From positions 62,001-126,000 of the forward strand of contig CP060755.1 in assembly GCA_023205875.1 (NCBI GenBank): a DNA stretch of 64,000 nucleotides, written 5' to 3'. Below the pieces are notes generated by a model. That model did not search any database. It worked only from the letters and a program-made list of their open reading frames with translations, and was not told the origin of the DNA. Shown in pieces: positions 10,386 to 20,600 of the stretch. The translations under genes and the position numbers were made by a program. Within the stretch, counting starts at the first letter, position 1. The number at the start of each line of letters is the position of its first letter. This stretch comes from Chloropicon primus. Taxonomy: Eukaryota.

Positions 10386-11525
10386 TCACCAGACCAGCTC
10401 CTGGGGGAGGTGTTCGTACAACACAGTCTTGACGTACTCTACATGCTCCGAGTGATCCACTCGCTTGAGATTCTCTTCGGTTTGGGCGGGACTCCACGAC
10501 CTCACCTCCTCCACGATCTTCTGGAAGTCGAAGAGCATCTCGAGGCACTCGACGTCGTCCTCGCCCAGCAGCTCGTGGTAGTGCCTGGAGGACTCGAGGG
10601 AGAAGAACTTCTGGTACCTGATCAGGAACATCGCCTGGAAGGGCAAGGACGCTCCGTTGAGGGCGCCGAGGACGACGTAGAGGTACTCCGGGGAGCCCCA
10701 GCTCATCTTCAGCTGGCCCAACCCGCAGTTGTTCTCGTACGACCCCAGGGGCTTGTTGAAGACCCTCTTCCTCCTGTCGGGGTTGGAGGAGAAGTACTGG
10801 GAGAACGAGATGCTCTCGGAGAACTTGCACCCCACGGGGAACGACTCCCCGGCCACCGTCCAGACCTGGCTCGACCCGAAGTCCTTGGTCACGCTCAGGA
10901 CTCCAAGCTCGTGCACCGCGGCGACCAGATGGAGCCACCTCGCGTCGGGGAACTTCTCCCTGCACACGGCCGCGACGGCCATGGAGTAGTCGAGGGCGTT
11001 CACCCCCGAGGGCAGCGTGACGCCCTCGAGCCGGCCCACCGCCTCCCAGGCGCTCAGCCTGAGCCTGGTGCTCGTCTGCTGGGCCAGGAGGGACCTCCTC
11101 TGCTTTTCCACGAAGTCGACCGTCTGCCTCGCCCTGCTCACCCTCAGGGTCTCCTCGTCCTCCACCAGGGCCACCGCGGGAAAGGAGGACGAGGAATCCA
11201 GCGAGAGCTCGTCCAGCGAGAGCTCGTCCTGCGAGGACCTCCCGCTCTCGCTCGAGCAGCACGCCAGGAGGTCGTTGTTCCGGTCCAAGATGCCCCTCGG
11301 GGTCGACGGCGTGCAGTCCGACAGGGCGGCCTCCCTCACGTTGTTCTCCGACCAGCAGTGCCGGAGCCGGAGCCCGCTCGCCTTCTTCCCGTCGCTGACG
11401 ATGTGGAGCTCGTCCAGGGAGGCACGCGACGTCGTCAGCGCGTAGGGCTGCGCGTCGTGGCAGGCGAAGACACTCTGCACCCCGGTGGTGCACCCGTTCG
11501 ACGTCGTCGTGATATCGCCTGGCAT
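10386..11525 (-). CDS. Myo-inositol oxygenase-like protein with degenerate metal ligands
   Basis: QTVDFV, LSAWEA, WLHLVAAVHELG, GESFPVGC, NPD, CGL...MSWG, FLIRY and a C-terminal L.W follow the MIOX layout. Confidence 0.85.
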   Translation of the reverse strand: MPGDITTTSNGCTTGVQSVFACHDAQPYALTTSRASLDELHIVSDGKKASGLRLRHCWSENNVREAALSDCTPSTPRGILDRNNDLLACCSSESGRSSQDELSLDELSLDSSSSFPAVALVEDEETLRVSRARQTVDFVEKQRRSLLAQQTSTRLRLSAWEAVGRLEGVTLPSGVNALDYSMAVAAVCREKFPDARWLHLVAAVHELGVLSVTKDFGSSQVWTVAGESFPVGCKFSESISFSQYFSSNPDRRKRVFNKPLGSYENNCGLGQLKMSWGSPEYLYVVLGALNGASLPFQAMFLIRYQKFFSLESSRHYHELLGEDDVECLEMLFDFQKIVEEVRSWSPAQTEENLKRVDHSEHVEYVKTVLYEHLPQELVW

Positions 11526-12300
11526 GACTACTTTATCAACTTTTCTTCTTCTTCGCTCTCCTTTCGTCGTCGTTCTATTGTATTGTTTTCGAGCGACGAC
11601 GACGACTGGCGGGGGAGAGGCCCACGTTCGCTCCACACGTTCGCTCCGCGCTGCGTCCCCTGTGTTTCCTGGCAGAGGGGAGGTTGGCCGAGGTCCTCTC
11701 GTCGCTCTCGTCGCGCTCGTCGCGCTCTCTGTCTGTCTGTCTTGTTCTGTGTGCTCTCTCCCGCGATGCGCGGCCACAAAGGATCCCTTTAGGATAAGGC
11801 AAGATAAGATGGGTTTTCTACGGTGGATTTCTTCGCGGCGGGATCTAATCGTAATCGAAGAGAGAAAGAAGAGAAAAAGAAGAAAGAAGAGAGAAAAAGA
11901 AGAGAGAAGGAAGAGACAGGGGAGACGAGGAGTGTGTCAGCAAGATATTCTCTGGAGTCCCAAGAATCCAGGGAAGGAAGGAAGGACAAGCAGAACTGGA
12001 ACTGGGGTCAATCAATCAAGCACAGTCCTCCTCCGAGGTGGACGCGTCTGGACCTCAGAGAGCTAATCTCCAGAATACCAAAGTATACTCCTGGTTTTAC
12101 AAAGTATTTATAGAATTGTAGAGTAAGGAGGAGGATACTGGGAGGATCCTGCGAGGGTCGAAGCTGCTGATGTCACATGGAGCAACCCACCCATGGAATT
12201 GTCTGTCCGGTAGTATGCTCTCATTGCATATCTTTTCGTCCTAGAAGAGAAGCCAAACTCCAAAACCCAAACTCCATCCATCACCCCCCCACTCCATCAA

Positions 12301-13926
12301 TCAGGCTCTGCAGTACTGGGGGAAGGGCGAGAAGCCGTGGGCCTCGAGTTCACGACCCATGAAGACGGCCGTGAAGGTCGTGGCCGCCACCAGCAGGACC
12401 CCCAAGCTCCCGATAATGAAGGAGGTGTAGCCCAAGCGGGCGACGATCTGCTTCACCGCGTAGAGGCCAACGTAGTTGGCCACGAGGTTCACCCCCCCCA
12501 GCCAGATGGCGTAGTTCCACAGGAGCTTGCCCCCCACGGCGTACTGCACCGCGGCCTGGGACGAGGAGAAGAGGACCAGGGAGCTGGAGATGGGCGCGGT
12601 GACCACGGCGGAGGCCCCGAGCTCAAGGAGCATCGGGGCCAGGATGGACCCCCCCCCCACGCCAAGGAGCCCGCCCAGGGCGCCGATGCAGAGGCAGAAG
12701 GCCATCATCTTCATCATCTGCCTCCAGGACTCCCCCATCACGATGTCACCCTCCTCGTAGTCGGGCTTCGCGGGCGCGCCATCCTCGTACGAGGCCTGCT
12801 TTCCCGACCGGAAGCGCTCGATCAGGAGCCTCGCGATGGTCAGGCCGACCACCACCCCGAACGCGGGCTGGCCCACCATGAGCGCAAAGTCCTCAAGCGT
12901 GCAGCTCTTGGCCTTCTTCTGCAGGACGGAGAAGAACACTTGGATGCCCCACGATCCAAAGATGACGAGCCAGTACCACCACCTGGTGCTCCTGATGTTC
13001 GCCACCAGGCTGCCGAAGCCTCCCGGTCGGGACTCTTCCCGACTCGCCTCCACCGATCCCGCGCCGCCCGACAGGAGATTCGCCGCCTGGTCCTTCCCGG
13101 GGCTCGCGTCCCCCTCTTCCCCCTCTTCCCCCTCTTCCCCCTCTCCCTGCGTGAACACCTTCTTGCCGAGGGTGCTCCGAAGCTTGAGGTCCCTCTCGTA
13201 GGACGGGTCTCTCCTCAGCCCCCTGAGCACGCCTATCTCGACGTCCGTGCTCCCTTCCCTGGGCCTCCCCTCCTTCGCCGTCGTCGCGGGTCCAACCGCT
13301 TCGCCTTCGCCAGCAACGGCGTCACCCACGACCTCCTTGCCCAAAGCTTCCCCCGCAGCCTCCGCGCCCCCGTCCTTTCCCTTGGCGTCCTGGCTTGCCC
13401 GCAGCAGGTAGGACCCCTCGCTCGTCTCCACCGTCGACCGCGAGTCGTTGGAGTTGGCCTTCAACACGCTGGCCTCGCTCTTCTCCTGATCGAACACCTT
13501 TTTCGCCCTCTTGAGCATCCTGTAGGACGTGAACCCCAGGAAGACGAAGAGCAGGATGTTCACGAGCCACTCTGCGAGGGCCTTGCTCATCATCACCCCA
13601 AGGCTCGTGGAGCTCACCGCTATGGGCACGAAGTAGATCAGGGCCTCAAAGTTAATCAACGGCCTCGAGGGGTTCTTCGGGTGCGTCTCGAACAAGTTTA
13701 TCACGAAAGTGCACACGGCCGATACCGCGATAACGAAATTCGACACCGGCGCGGCGTACCCCATCGGCAGGTTCGCTATGAGAACGAGGAGCGGCACGAA
13801 GATCACCCCTCCCCCCACCCCACTGGACGCTGCCATGGCCCCTCCCAGCGCGCACAGCACCGTCAGCAGGAGGTCCGTCCCGTTCGGCGGTATCACCAGG
13901 TCCTCCGGTCTCCCACTCTCCTCCAT
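12301..13926 (-). CDS. Sulfite exporter TauE/SafE family membrane protein
   Basis: SSGVGGGVIFVP, HP...RPLINFE, GGLLGVGGGSILAPMLLELG; many TM helices. Confidence 0.9.
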   Translation of the reverse strand: MEESGRPEDLVIPPNGTDLLLTVLCALGGAMAASSGVGGGVIFVPLLVLIANLPMGYAAPVSNFVIAVSAVCTFVINLFETHPKNPSRPLINFEALIYFVPIAVSSTSLGVMMSKALAEWLVNILLFVFLGFTSYRMLKRAKKVFDQEKSEASVLKANSNDSRSTVETSEGSYLLRASQDAKGKDGGAEAAGEALGKEVVGDAVAGEGEAVGPATTAKEGRPREGSTDVEIGVLRGLRRDPSYERDLKLRSTLGKKVFTQGEGEEGEEGEEGDASPGKDQAANLLSGGAGSVEASREESRPGGFGSLVANIRSTRWWYWLVIFGSWGIQVFFSVLQKKAKSCTLEDFALMVGQPAFGVVVGLTIARLLIERFRSGKQASYEDGAPAKPDYEEGDIVMGESWRQMMKMMAFCLCIGALGGLLGVGGGSILAPMLLELGASAVVTAPISSSLVLFSSSQAAVQYAVGGKLLWNYAIWLGGVNLVANYVGLYAVKQIVARLGYTSFIIGSLGVLLVAATTFTAVFMGRELEAHGFSPFPQYCRA

Positions 13927-14237
13927 CTTCACCCCCTCCAACTCCAAACCAAAAAAGAAGTAGAAGAAGAAGTAGAAGAAGAAGAAGATGAACCTGTTCC
14001 TGTTCCTGTTCCTGTGTTTGTTTTGCTGGCTCCGTCCCAGTCCCTCCCTCCCTCTCCCTCTCCCTCGTTTCCTCCTCCGTCACATGTGACGGACCCTCGG
14101 ACGTTTTCGGCCACTTTTGAACGGCATCATTCGTCAGCAGAGAGCAATCGGATCGGGAGCCGGGAGCGGGGGGGGAACAAAACAAAACAAAAAACGGAAC
14201 AAAACGGAGGCGGCGACAGGAACAGGGGGAAACACGA

Positions 14238-14275
14238 AAGGGAAAGGAAAGGAAAGGAAAGGAAAGGAAAGGAAG
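14238..14275. repeat. (GGAAA)n pentanucleotide repeat
   Basis: ggaaaggaaaggaaa... seen directly. Confidence 0.85.
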
Positions 14276-14458
14276 GGATTTGCGTAGGACCGGAAGGAAG
14301 TTCAGGAGGAGGAGGAGACGGGTTATCCTTATCCACTCCACTCCACTTCATTTTCATTTTCATTTTCACTTTTTTCATTTCCTTCTGCAGGGTGGGCGTC
14401 GGCAGTGGAGTTGTTTTGTTTTGTTCAGTTCAGTTTGTTTGTTTGGCTCGTGTCGGCG

Positions 14459-15247
14459 ATGGTGTGGTTCCAGTGCGAGGACTGCGGGGATACGATCAAG
14501 AAGCCCAAGTTGGACGCGCACTTTAGGCAGTGTCGAGCGTCGAGGTTGAGCTGCATTGATTGCCTCGCCGTCTTTGACAGGGCGACGGTGAAGTTTCACA
14601 CGTCGTGCGTGACGGAGCACGAGAAGTACGCCGAGGGAGCCACCAAGCCGGGAGGCTACGCTGCGGCGGGGTACACGGGGGGGTCGGCCCACGGGAGCGG
14701 CGGCAGCGGGGCGACCTCCTCGGCGGGACCCGTGGGTCTGGAGCACACGACGAGCCGACCGCCGTGGAAGTGCCTGCTCTGCAACGTGAACTGCACGAGC
14801 AAGGAGAACCTCCTGGCCCACGCGGCGAGCAAGAAGCACCGGAACAAGTACAAGCGGGTGACGTCGGGAGCGAACGGGGAGAACGGGGCCAAGGAGAACG
14901 GCAACAACAGCGGAGCGGCTGAGTCTGCGGCGGCGACGACGGCGACGGGGAACGGCGAGAAGTCGCCGGAGAAGAAGAAGGAGGAGGAGGAGCTGGACGA
15001 GAAGATCGTAGAGGAGCTCGAGGCCTGGAACAAGCACACGAAGAAGGTTATGAAGAAGAAGGGGGGCCAGATGGCGCTCAAGAAACTGGGCAAGCTCGTG
15101 GTGAAGCGAATCGTGAAGAAGAGCAGAGCGTCCAAGGTCTCCAAGGGCCACAGGGCGGCTATCGAAGAATCCTGGAGGAGAAAGCTGGGCAAGTCGTGTC
15201 ACTTTGAGGTCGAGGGGGAAGACGTCGTGCTGAAAAAAATATTCTAA
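14459..15247 (+). CDS. LYAR: LYAR-type C2HC zinc-finger nucleolar protein with an additional U1/matrin-type zinc finger
   Basis: MVWFQCEDCGDTIKKPKL..H, SCIDC...HTSCVTEHEKY; WKCLLCNVNCTS..NLLAHAASKKH. Confidence 0.9.
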   Translation: MVWFQCEDCGDTIKKPKLDAHFRQCRASRLSCIDCLAVFDRATVKFHTSCVTEHEKYAEGATKPGGYAAAGYTGGSAHGSGGSGATSSAGPVGLEHTTSRPPWKCLLCNVNCTSKENLLAHAASKKHRNKYKRVTSGANGENGAKENGNNSGAAESAAATTATGNGEKSPEKKKEEEELDEKIVEELEAWNKHTKKVMKKKGGQMALKKLGKLVVKRIVKKSRASKVSKGHRAAIEESWRRKLGKSCHFEVEGEDVVLKKIF

Positions 15248-17121
15248 ACCTTTCTAATCCTCTCTCGAAACGAAGGGTTTACTCTGTCGTTGTTGTCGGC
15301 CCCGGCGAAGACCTTGAACGCCTGGTCCTTGTAAGCTTGGTCACTCGTCGTTTCGTTGTAGCATACGCCGGGCTTGCCAAGGAGAATGTCGCCGACGATC
15401 CCGTTCCTCGTCTTCATCGGGCAGCACTCCACCTGGCGGGGCGGGGGGAAAGACTCGGCCGCGTTCGTGACGTTCGGAATGCCCGCAGCCAAGGCCCTCC
15501 TCCTCTCGCTGTAATCGATCTTGGGCCAAACCTCGTGCCTTTCCTCGTAGAACCACTGCCTGTGCTCCCCGTACGAGACCTTGACACTCGGGTCCATGAC
15601 GACCTTCCTGAAACCGTTCTCCCAGAGGTCCTTGCACAGTATGGAGGCTTCGCTCGCGCTGCACTCATCCCCGATGTCGCTGGGGACCTCCGACTCCCCC
15701 AGAGTGACGTAGTACTGCTGCTGGGCCGTGCTCACGTCCACGAATCGAAACCTCAGGCCCCTGTGGAACGGCTCGGCGTTGAGGACGGTCATGCCGTTCC
15801 AGCAGCACTGGACTGGGACGGGCAGGCCCTTCTCGAGGTTAGAGACGAGGTTCGGCAGGGTGGCATTGTCCACGTAGGGAGGGCACTGGTTTATCCTTCG
15901 GCCCAGAATATCTCTGCCGACCCAAATGTCGTAGTACCCCGAGTTCTCCCTTATGCACTTGCGGTTGTGCCGCTTGACGGGCGGGTAGAAGTCGATGCCG
16001 CAGGCCATGTCAGCGCCGTGCTCCAGCAGGTGCAGAACATCCCGGACGCAGAAGTAGACGTCGTTGATGAACACAATGTTGTCGAACGAGGTCGGAGTCC
16101 CCTCAGAGTCCCTCGCGAGATCCGACAAGTCGTAAGAAAGTTGAGTCTTGCCTCCCTCGGGCTGCTTCGGTTTGGAGCCGCGGACTTGACTCCAGAACCA
16201 CTCGGCGGTCGATTGCCGAAAGTCATCGACCTTGACGGCTTGAGTTCTCCATTCGCCCTGCTCGTCCAAGACCCCCAGGGGTTCCAACACCTTGTTCCTC
16301 ATTCTGGACAAGAATTCGATCCTGTTCTGCGTCCGGAAGCGGATCCTCAGCCTGTAATCCCCGTATATCACCCGGTGAGGCACGCCGTGGGCGTCCAAGA
16401 CGTCGTCCAGGAGGTTCATCCAGACGGGCGTAAGGTCGTGGCTGCCGCTCTCCACGGCGCTCACAAACACCTGCTCGGGCTCGAAGAAGGAAAGGAACTT
16501 GGTGAGCTCCGTGAGGAAATGCGGCATGAGGGGCTCGTTGTTGTGCAAGTTGAACGCTACGAAGATTTTCTTCTTGTTCCCCTTGCCCTTGGACGTGGTC
16601 GCGATCCTCTTCAGCTGCAGCCACTCGTCGTCCGGGATGCCGCAGACCGCCTCTCCCGCCGATCCAATGCAGTCGAGCATCATTCGCGAGTCTCGTGTCC
16701 GGCAGGCCTCCATCTGCTGCCTGAGCGCATTCCACAGCCTCATGTCGATCCTGGACGTGGACCGAAACACCCGAAAGTTCTTGACGAAGGAGTCGACGGC
16801 GTCCCAGCCAGCGTGGTTCCCCGCTTCGTTCCCCAAGGCCTCGCTCCCGTTGGGCGACCACATCGACTCCGCCCTCCTCCACGAGAGCTCGACCTCCGTC
16901 CTGACGTCAACGCGGCTGATCGTCGACGCGGGCGCACTCACCCCCTCTGCCACACCTTCTTTCCCGGACGTCGGCCTGAGCCTCGTCGGAAGGGACCCGA
17001 GGAAGACCCCACGGTGGTTTCTCACCGCCCCGAACGCGAAAAGGCTAACCAGACAGAGGCAGAACACTCTCCACCCATCGCACCAGGACGCCTGCGACCC
17101 CCTCCTCTTCCTCCTCTGCAT
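15244..17121 (-). CDS. GT69/CAP59-like alpha-1,3-mannosyltransferase, type II membrane protein
   Basis: N-terminal TM; NLHNNE, VFVSAVESGSHD, RIEFLS.MRN..LEPL, VFINDVYFC, DMACGID, YDIWVGRD, VQCCWNG, CSASE...CKD. Confidence 0.9.
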   Translation of the reverse strand: MQRRKRRGSQASWCDGWRVFCLCLVSLFAFGAVRNHRGVFLGSLPTRLRPTSGKEGVAEGVSAPASTISRVDVRTEVELSWRRAESMWSPNGSEALGNEAGNHAGWDAVDSFVKNFRVFRSTSRIDMRLWNALRQQMEACRTRDSRMMLDCIGSAGEAVCGIPDDEWLQLKRIATTSKGKGNKKKIFVAFNLHNNEPLMPHFLTELTKFLSFFEPEQVFVSAVESGSHDLTPVWMNLLDDVLDAHGVPHRVIYGDYRLRIRFRTQNRIEFLSRMRNKVLEPLGVLDEQGEWRTQAVKVDDFRQSTAEWFWSQVRGSKPKQPEGGKTQLSYDLSDLARDSEGTPTSFDNIVFINDVYFCVRDVLHLLEHGADMACGIDFYPPVKRHNRKCIRENSGYYDIWVGRDILGRRINQCPPYVDNATLPNLVSNLEKGLPVPVQCCWNGMTVLNAEPFHRGLRFRFVDVSTAQQQYYVTLGESEVPSDIGDECSASEASILCKDLWENGFRKVVMDPSVKVSYGEHRQWFYEERHEVWPKIDYSERRRALAAGIPNVTNAAESFPPPRQVECCPMKTRNGIVGDILLGKPGVCYNETTSDQAYKDQAFKVFAGADNNDRVNPSFRERIRKV

Positions 17122-17632
17122 CACCAACGGACCCAACCCAACGGACCCAACGCCGTAACGGTAACGCCTACCTCCTCAAGAGAGCCTTTCCCTCCTCGCC
17201 CTCCCCGTCCCTCCGCCCAGCCAAGCAAGTCAAAAAGTAAGGCCCGTGTCTTCGCCTTCGCGGAAGACCAAGACAAACAAACCAAACCCCCTCTGTCCCT
17301 CCCCCGTGTCCCTCCCTCCGCCGCGTCGCGGTCGCGTTCGCGCCGTTCGTCCGTCGTCGGCGCGCGATCACATGAACAAGATGAACAGAGAAGTGGATAA
17401 AGCGCTCGCGCTGGCGATCGGCTGGGTGAACGAGCTCAGGGGTGGGTTGACTGGTCGAGAGGCGGGGAAGGGGGAGAGAGAGAGGCGGAAGGGACGTCAC
17501 GGGGGCGTAAGTTTGGGCTTTGGCTTGTACGAGGCTTGGGTCGTGCGGAGGTGGAACGATTGGATAAGGCGTCGACCGGTGGAGGTGGTGTGACGGCCAA
17601 GAGGGTTGTGGGTGGGAGAGAGGGAGGGAGGG

Positions 17633-20600
17633 ATGGGGTTGGGACGAGTGAGCGGGGGGGGGTGTCGGGAGGTGTGCGCGCAGGCGTCAAGGCATAGGGG
17701 TGCGAGGAGGACGACGAGGGTGGCGCCGAGGAGGAGGAGCGACAAGGAGGACGCCTTTTGGGGAGGGCTGCGTCAGCACAGGCGGGCGCAGTCGGTCGTC
17801 CGCGTGAGTGCGCGTGCCGTGGACGGGGAGGACGTGGACGCGAGGAGGAAGCACTACTCCTCGCAGACCCTCGTGGCGCTGAGGAAGTTCGCCAAGGACC
17901 TCGGGATAAAGGGTTCGTGGAAACTGAACAAGGGCAACCTCGTGGAGGTGCTGGTGGAGCACGAGGCTCAGAGGGGGCACCTGGGCGCGGGGGGAGGGGA
18001 GGGGGGCGCCAGCGGGGCTGGTTCGAGCCAAGACGCGGAAGAGTCCCTTGCGAGACTCGTGCCGAGCACGTCGTCCGAGCTGGCGACGTGGTCCGTGGAG
18101 GAGCTCCGGGGGCTCGCCGGCAAGGTGAACGACCTGCGGGGGGAGGAGGCGATCAAGTCCCACACGAAGCTGAGGAAGGCGGAGCTGATCGCGGAGCTTT
18201 GCGCTGCGAGGGAGAAGGCCACGCAGACGCAGTTCGACGACGGTCAGGCTAACCCCAGCGGATTCTTGGACTCCATGTTCGACGCCTCGAATCTGGACCC
18301 CTTGGCGGACAACGAGCTCTTCTCCGTGGACCCCGACCTGTACTCTTACCTCAAGGAGAGTTCCGGGGGGATGGGGCTCGAAATGCTTTCCGAGGGGCAG
18401 AAGGGCTCGCTCTCGGGGTCTGGGGCCCAGCTGGACAGCAGATTCGGAGGTTCCAGCGGCATGACAGCAGGGGAGTTGCTGATGAACGCCATGAGCGGCG
18501 GCGTGGAAGGCACGAAGCTGGACCACATGGTGGTGGCCGTGATCTGCGGCGGTCCGACGAGAGAGAGGGGCATCTCTCTGAACTCGGCGAGATCGCTCTT
18601 GGACCATATCAAGTCCGACAAGGCGGATGTGCTGACGTACTACATGGACACAAACACGAGGACCTACCAGCTGTCGAACGCCCAGCTCTATTCGAACACT
18701 CCCTCCGACTTTGACTTCAAGCTCGCCAAGGACGGGAAGGTGGAGCCCTTCGAGACCCCGGAAGCTCTCGTCGACCACCTGAAGACTTGCGTGGACATTG
18801 TTTTCCCCATGATCCACGGGGAGTGGGGCGAGGATGGCCGCTTGCAGGAGCTGCTGGAGCAGGAGGAAATTCCCTTCGTCGGGAGCTCTGCAGCGACCTG
18901 CAAGAAGGCGTTCGACAAGTTCAAGGCCACTGAGTCCATAAATTTGAGCGGTTACCAGACAATCCCGTCCCTCGAGATCAATTCAGATTCTCTCTCGGGC
19001 TTGCCCTCCAGGCTTCAGGATTGGCTTGCCCTGAACAAGTTTGGCGAGGAGGACGTCTTCGTGATCAAGCCCTGCCTCGGCGGCTCCTCCATCGGGGTCG
19101 AGGTCGTCAGGGGGTACGACGAAGCCATCTTGAGCTTGCAGCAAAAGTTGGATAGGGACGGAACAAGGTCCTACGTGATGCAGCCGTACGTCAACGGCAT
19201 AGAGTTCACCCTGAACGTGGTGGAGACCTCGAAGGGTCCCATTGCTCTGATGCCCACGGAGATTGAAATCGTGCCAAAGGAAGGGTCCTTGAAGCTGTTT
19301 GATTTCAGGAGCAAGTACCTACCATCCCTGGACGTGCAGATGCACACGCCGCCCGTCTCGTTCTCTGAGAGCATTGTGGGGCTCATCATGAGACAGGCCG
19401 AGGACTTGTTCGAGAAGCTGGAGCTGCGAGATTTCGCGAGGTTTGATGGGTGGTTCATGTCAGAGGCAGAGGCTGGGCGAGTTTTGAAGAAGCCAGTGCC
19501 TTTTGTCTTCTCGGACTTGAACATGATACCAGGGATAGAGCAGAACAGCTTCCTCTTCAGGCAGGCAGCTTGCGTCGGCTTGTCTCACTCGTCGGTCCTC
19601 ACCAACGTGATAAGGAACGCCTGCTTGCGCCAAGACATGCAGTTTCCCGAGGGCAGGACGACCATTTCGGTTCCTTCCCTTGCAGGGTCTCATGCAATGC
19701 AAAAGTCATCGAAACAGAAAGTTTTCGTGCTGTGCGGCGGGGAGACCTCGGAAAGGCAGGTGTCTCTGATGAGTGGTCTGAACACGTGGCTGAAGCTCTC
19801 GAAATACGCTGACTTCGAAGTCACGCCATTCCTCCTGGCTGCCCCAATGACGAGTCGCGAGTCTCATGCAGCAAAGTACAATGAGATGATGCAGCACAGA
19901 AACCAGCTGCTGGAGTACGGTTGCCCCGAGGAGATGCTCCCCGATAACCTGCAGCCCCAGATGGTTTTGATGTACAAGAAGGGCAATCAAGCTGGGTTGC
20001 CCCTCCAGCAATGGAAAGTGTGGAGGGTGCCCTACCCGGGAATGCTCTTCCACACCGTGGAGGAGGTGGATAAGTTTTGCGAGGACAGGAACGCAGAGGG
20101 TGCCACGGGCGCCACGCACGGCAGCCTGCATCCCGTGGATGACGATGAGATGGGGGTGGCTTCGTATTTTGAGGATGAGAAGAGCCTGGAGGACACATTG
20201 CACGACAGGTTTGAGGACGCAGAGCTTGTTGGGTTGCAAAGACTGGATTCCAAGTGGAAGAACTCGACCAAGTACAATTTGGCTTCCTTCATCGAGGAGG
20301 CCAAGCAAGAAAACGCTGTGGTTTTCATGGCTATGCATGGGGGTGTGGGGGAAAACGGAACGATTCAGCAGCTGTTTGAGAGCGCGGGAGTCAAGTTCAC
20401 GGGGTCCTCGTCGAGTGCGTGCAACGTCTGCATGGACAAGATGATCACGGCTGATCTTATCTCCCGCCTCGCGGCCGAGGGGGTCAAGGCTTCTCCCAAG
20501 AAAGCACTTTATTACAACAACCTGCTCGCGAACACAGGGTGCGGCCAGTGCGCGGACGAGAGCTGGGCTGTTCTGGTGGACCAATTGGATTCAAACAGCT

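Noticed and set aside
11526..12300. Purine-rich spacer with short ORFs
   Set aside because: Low-complexity promoter or UTR sequence; no supported gene or RNA motif
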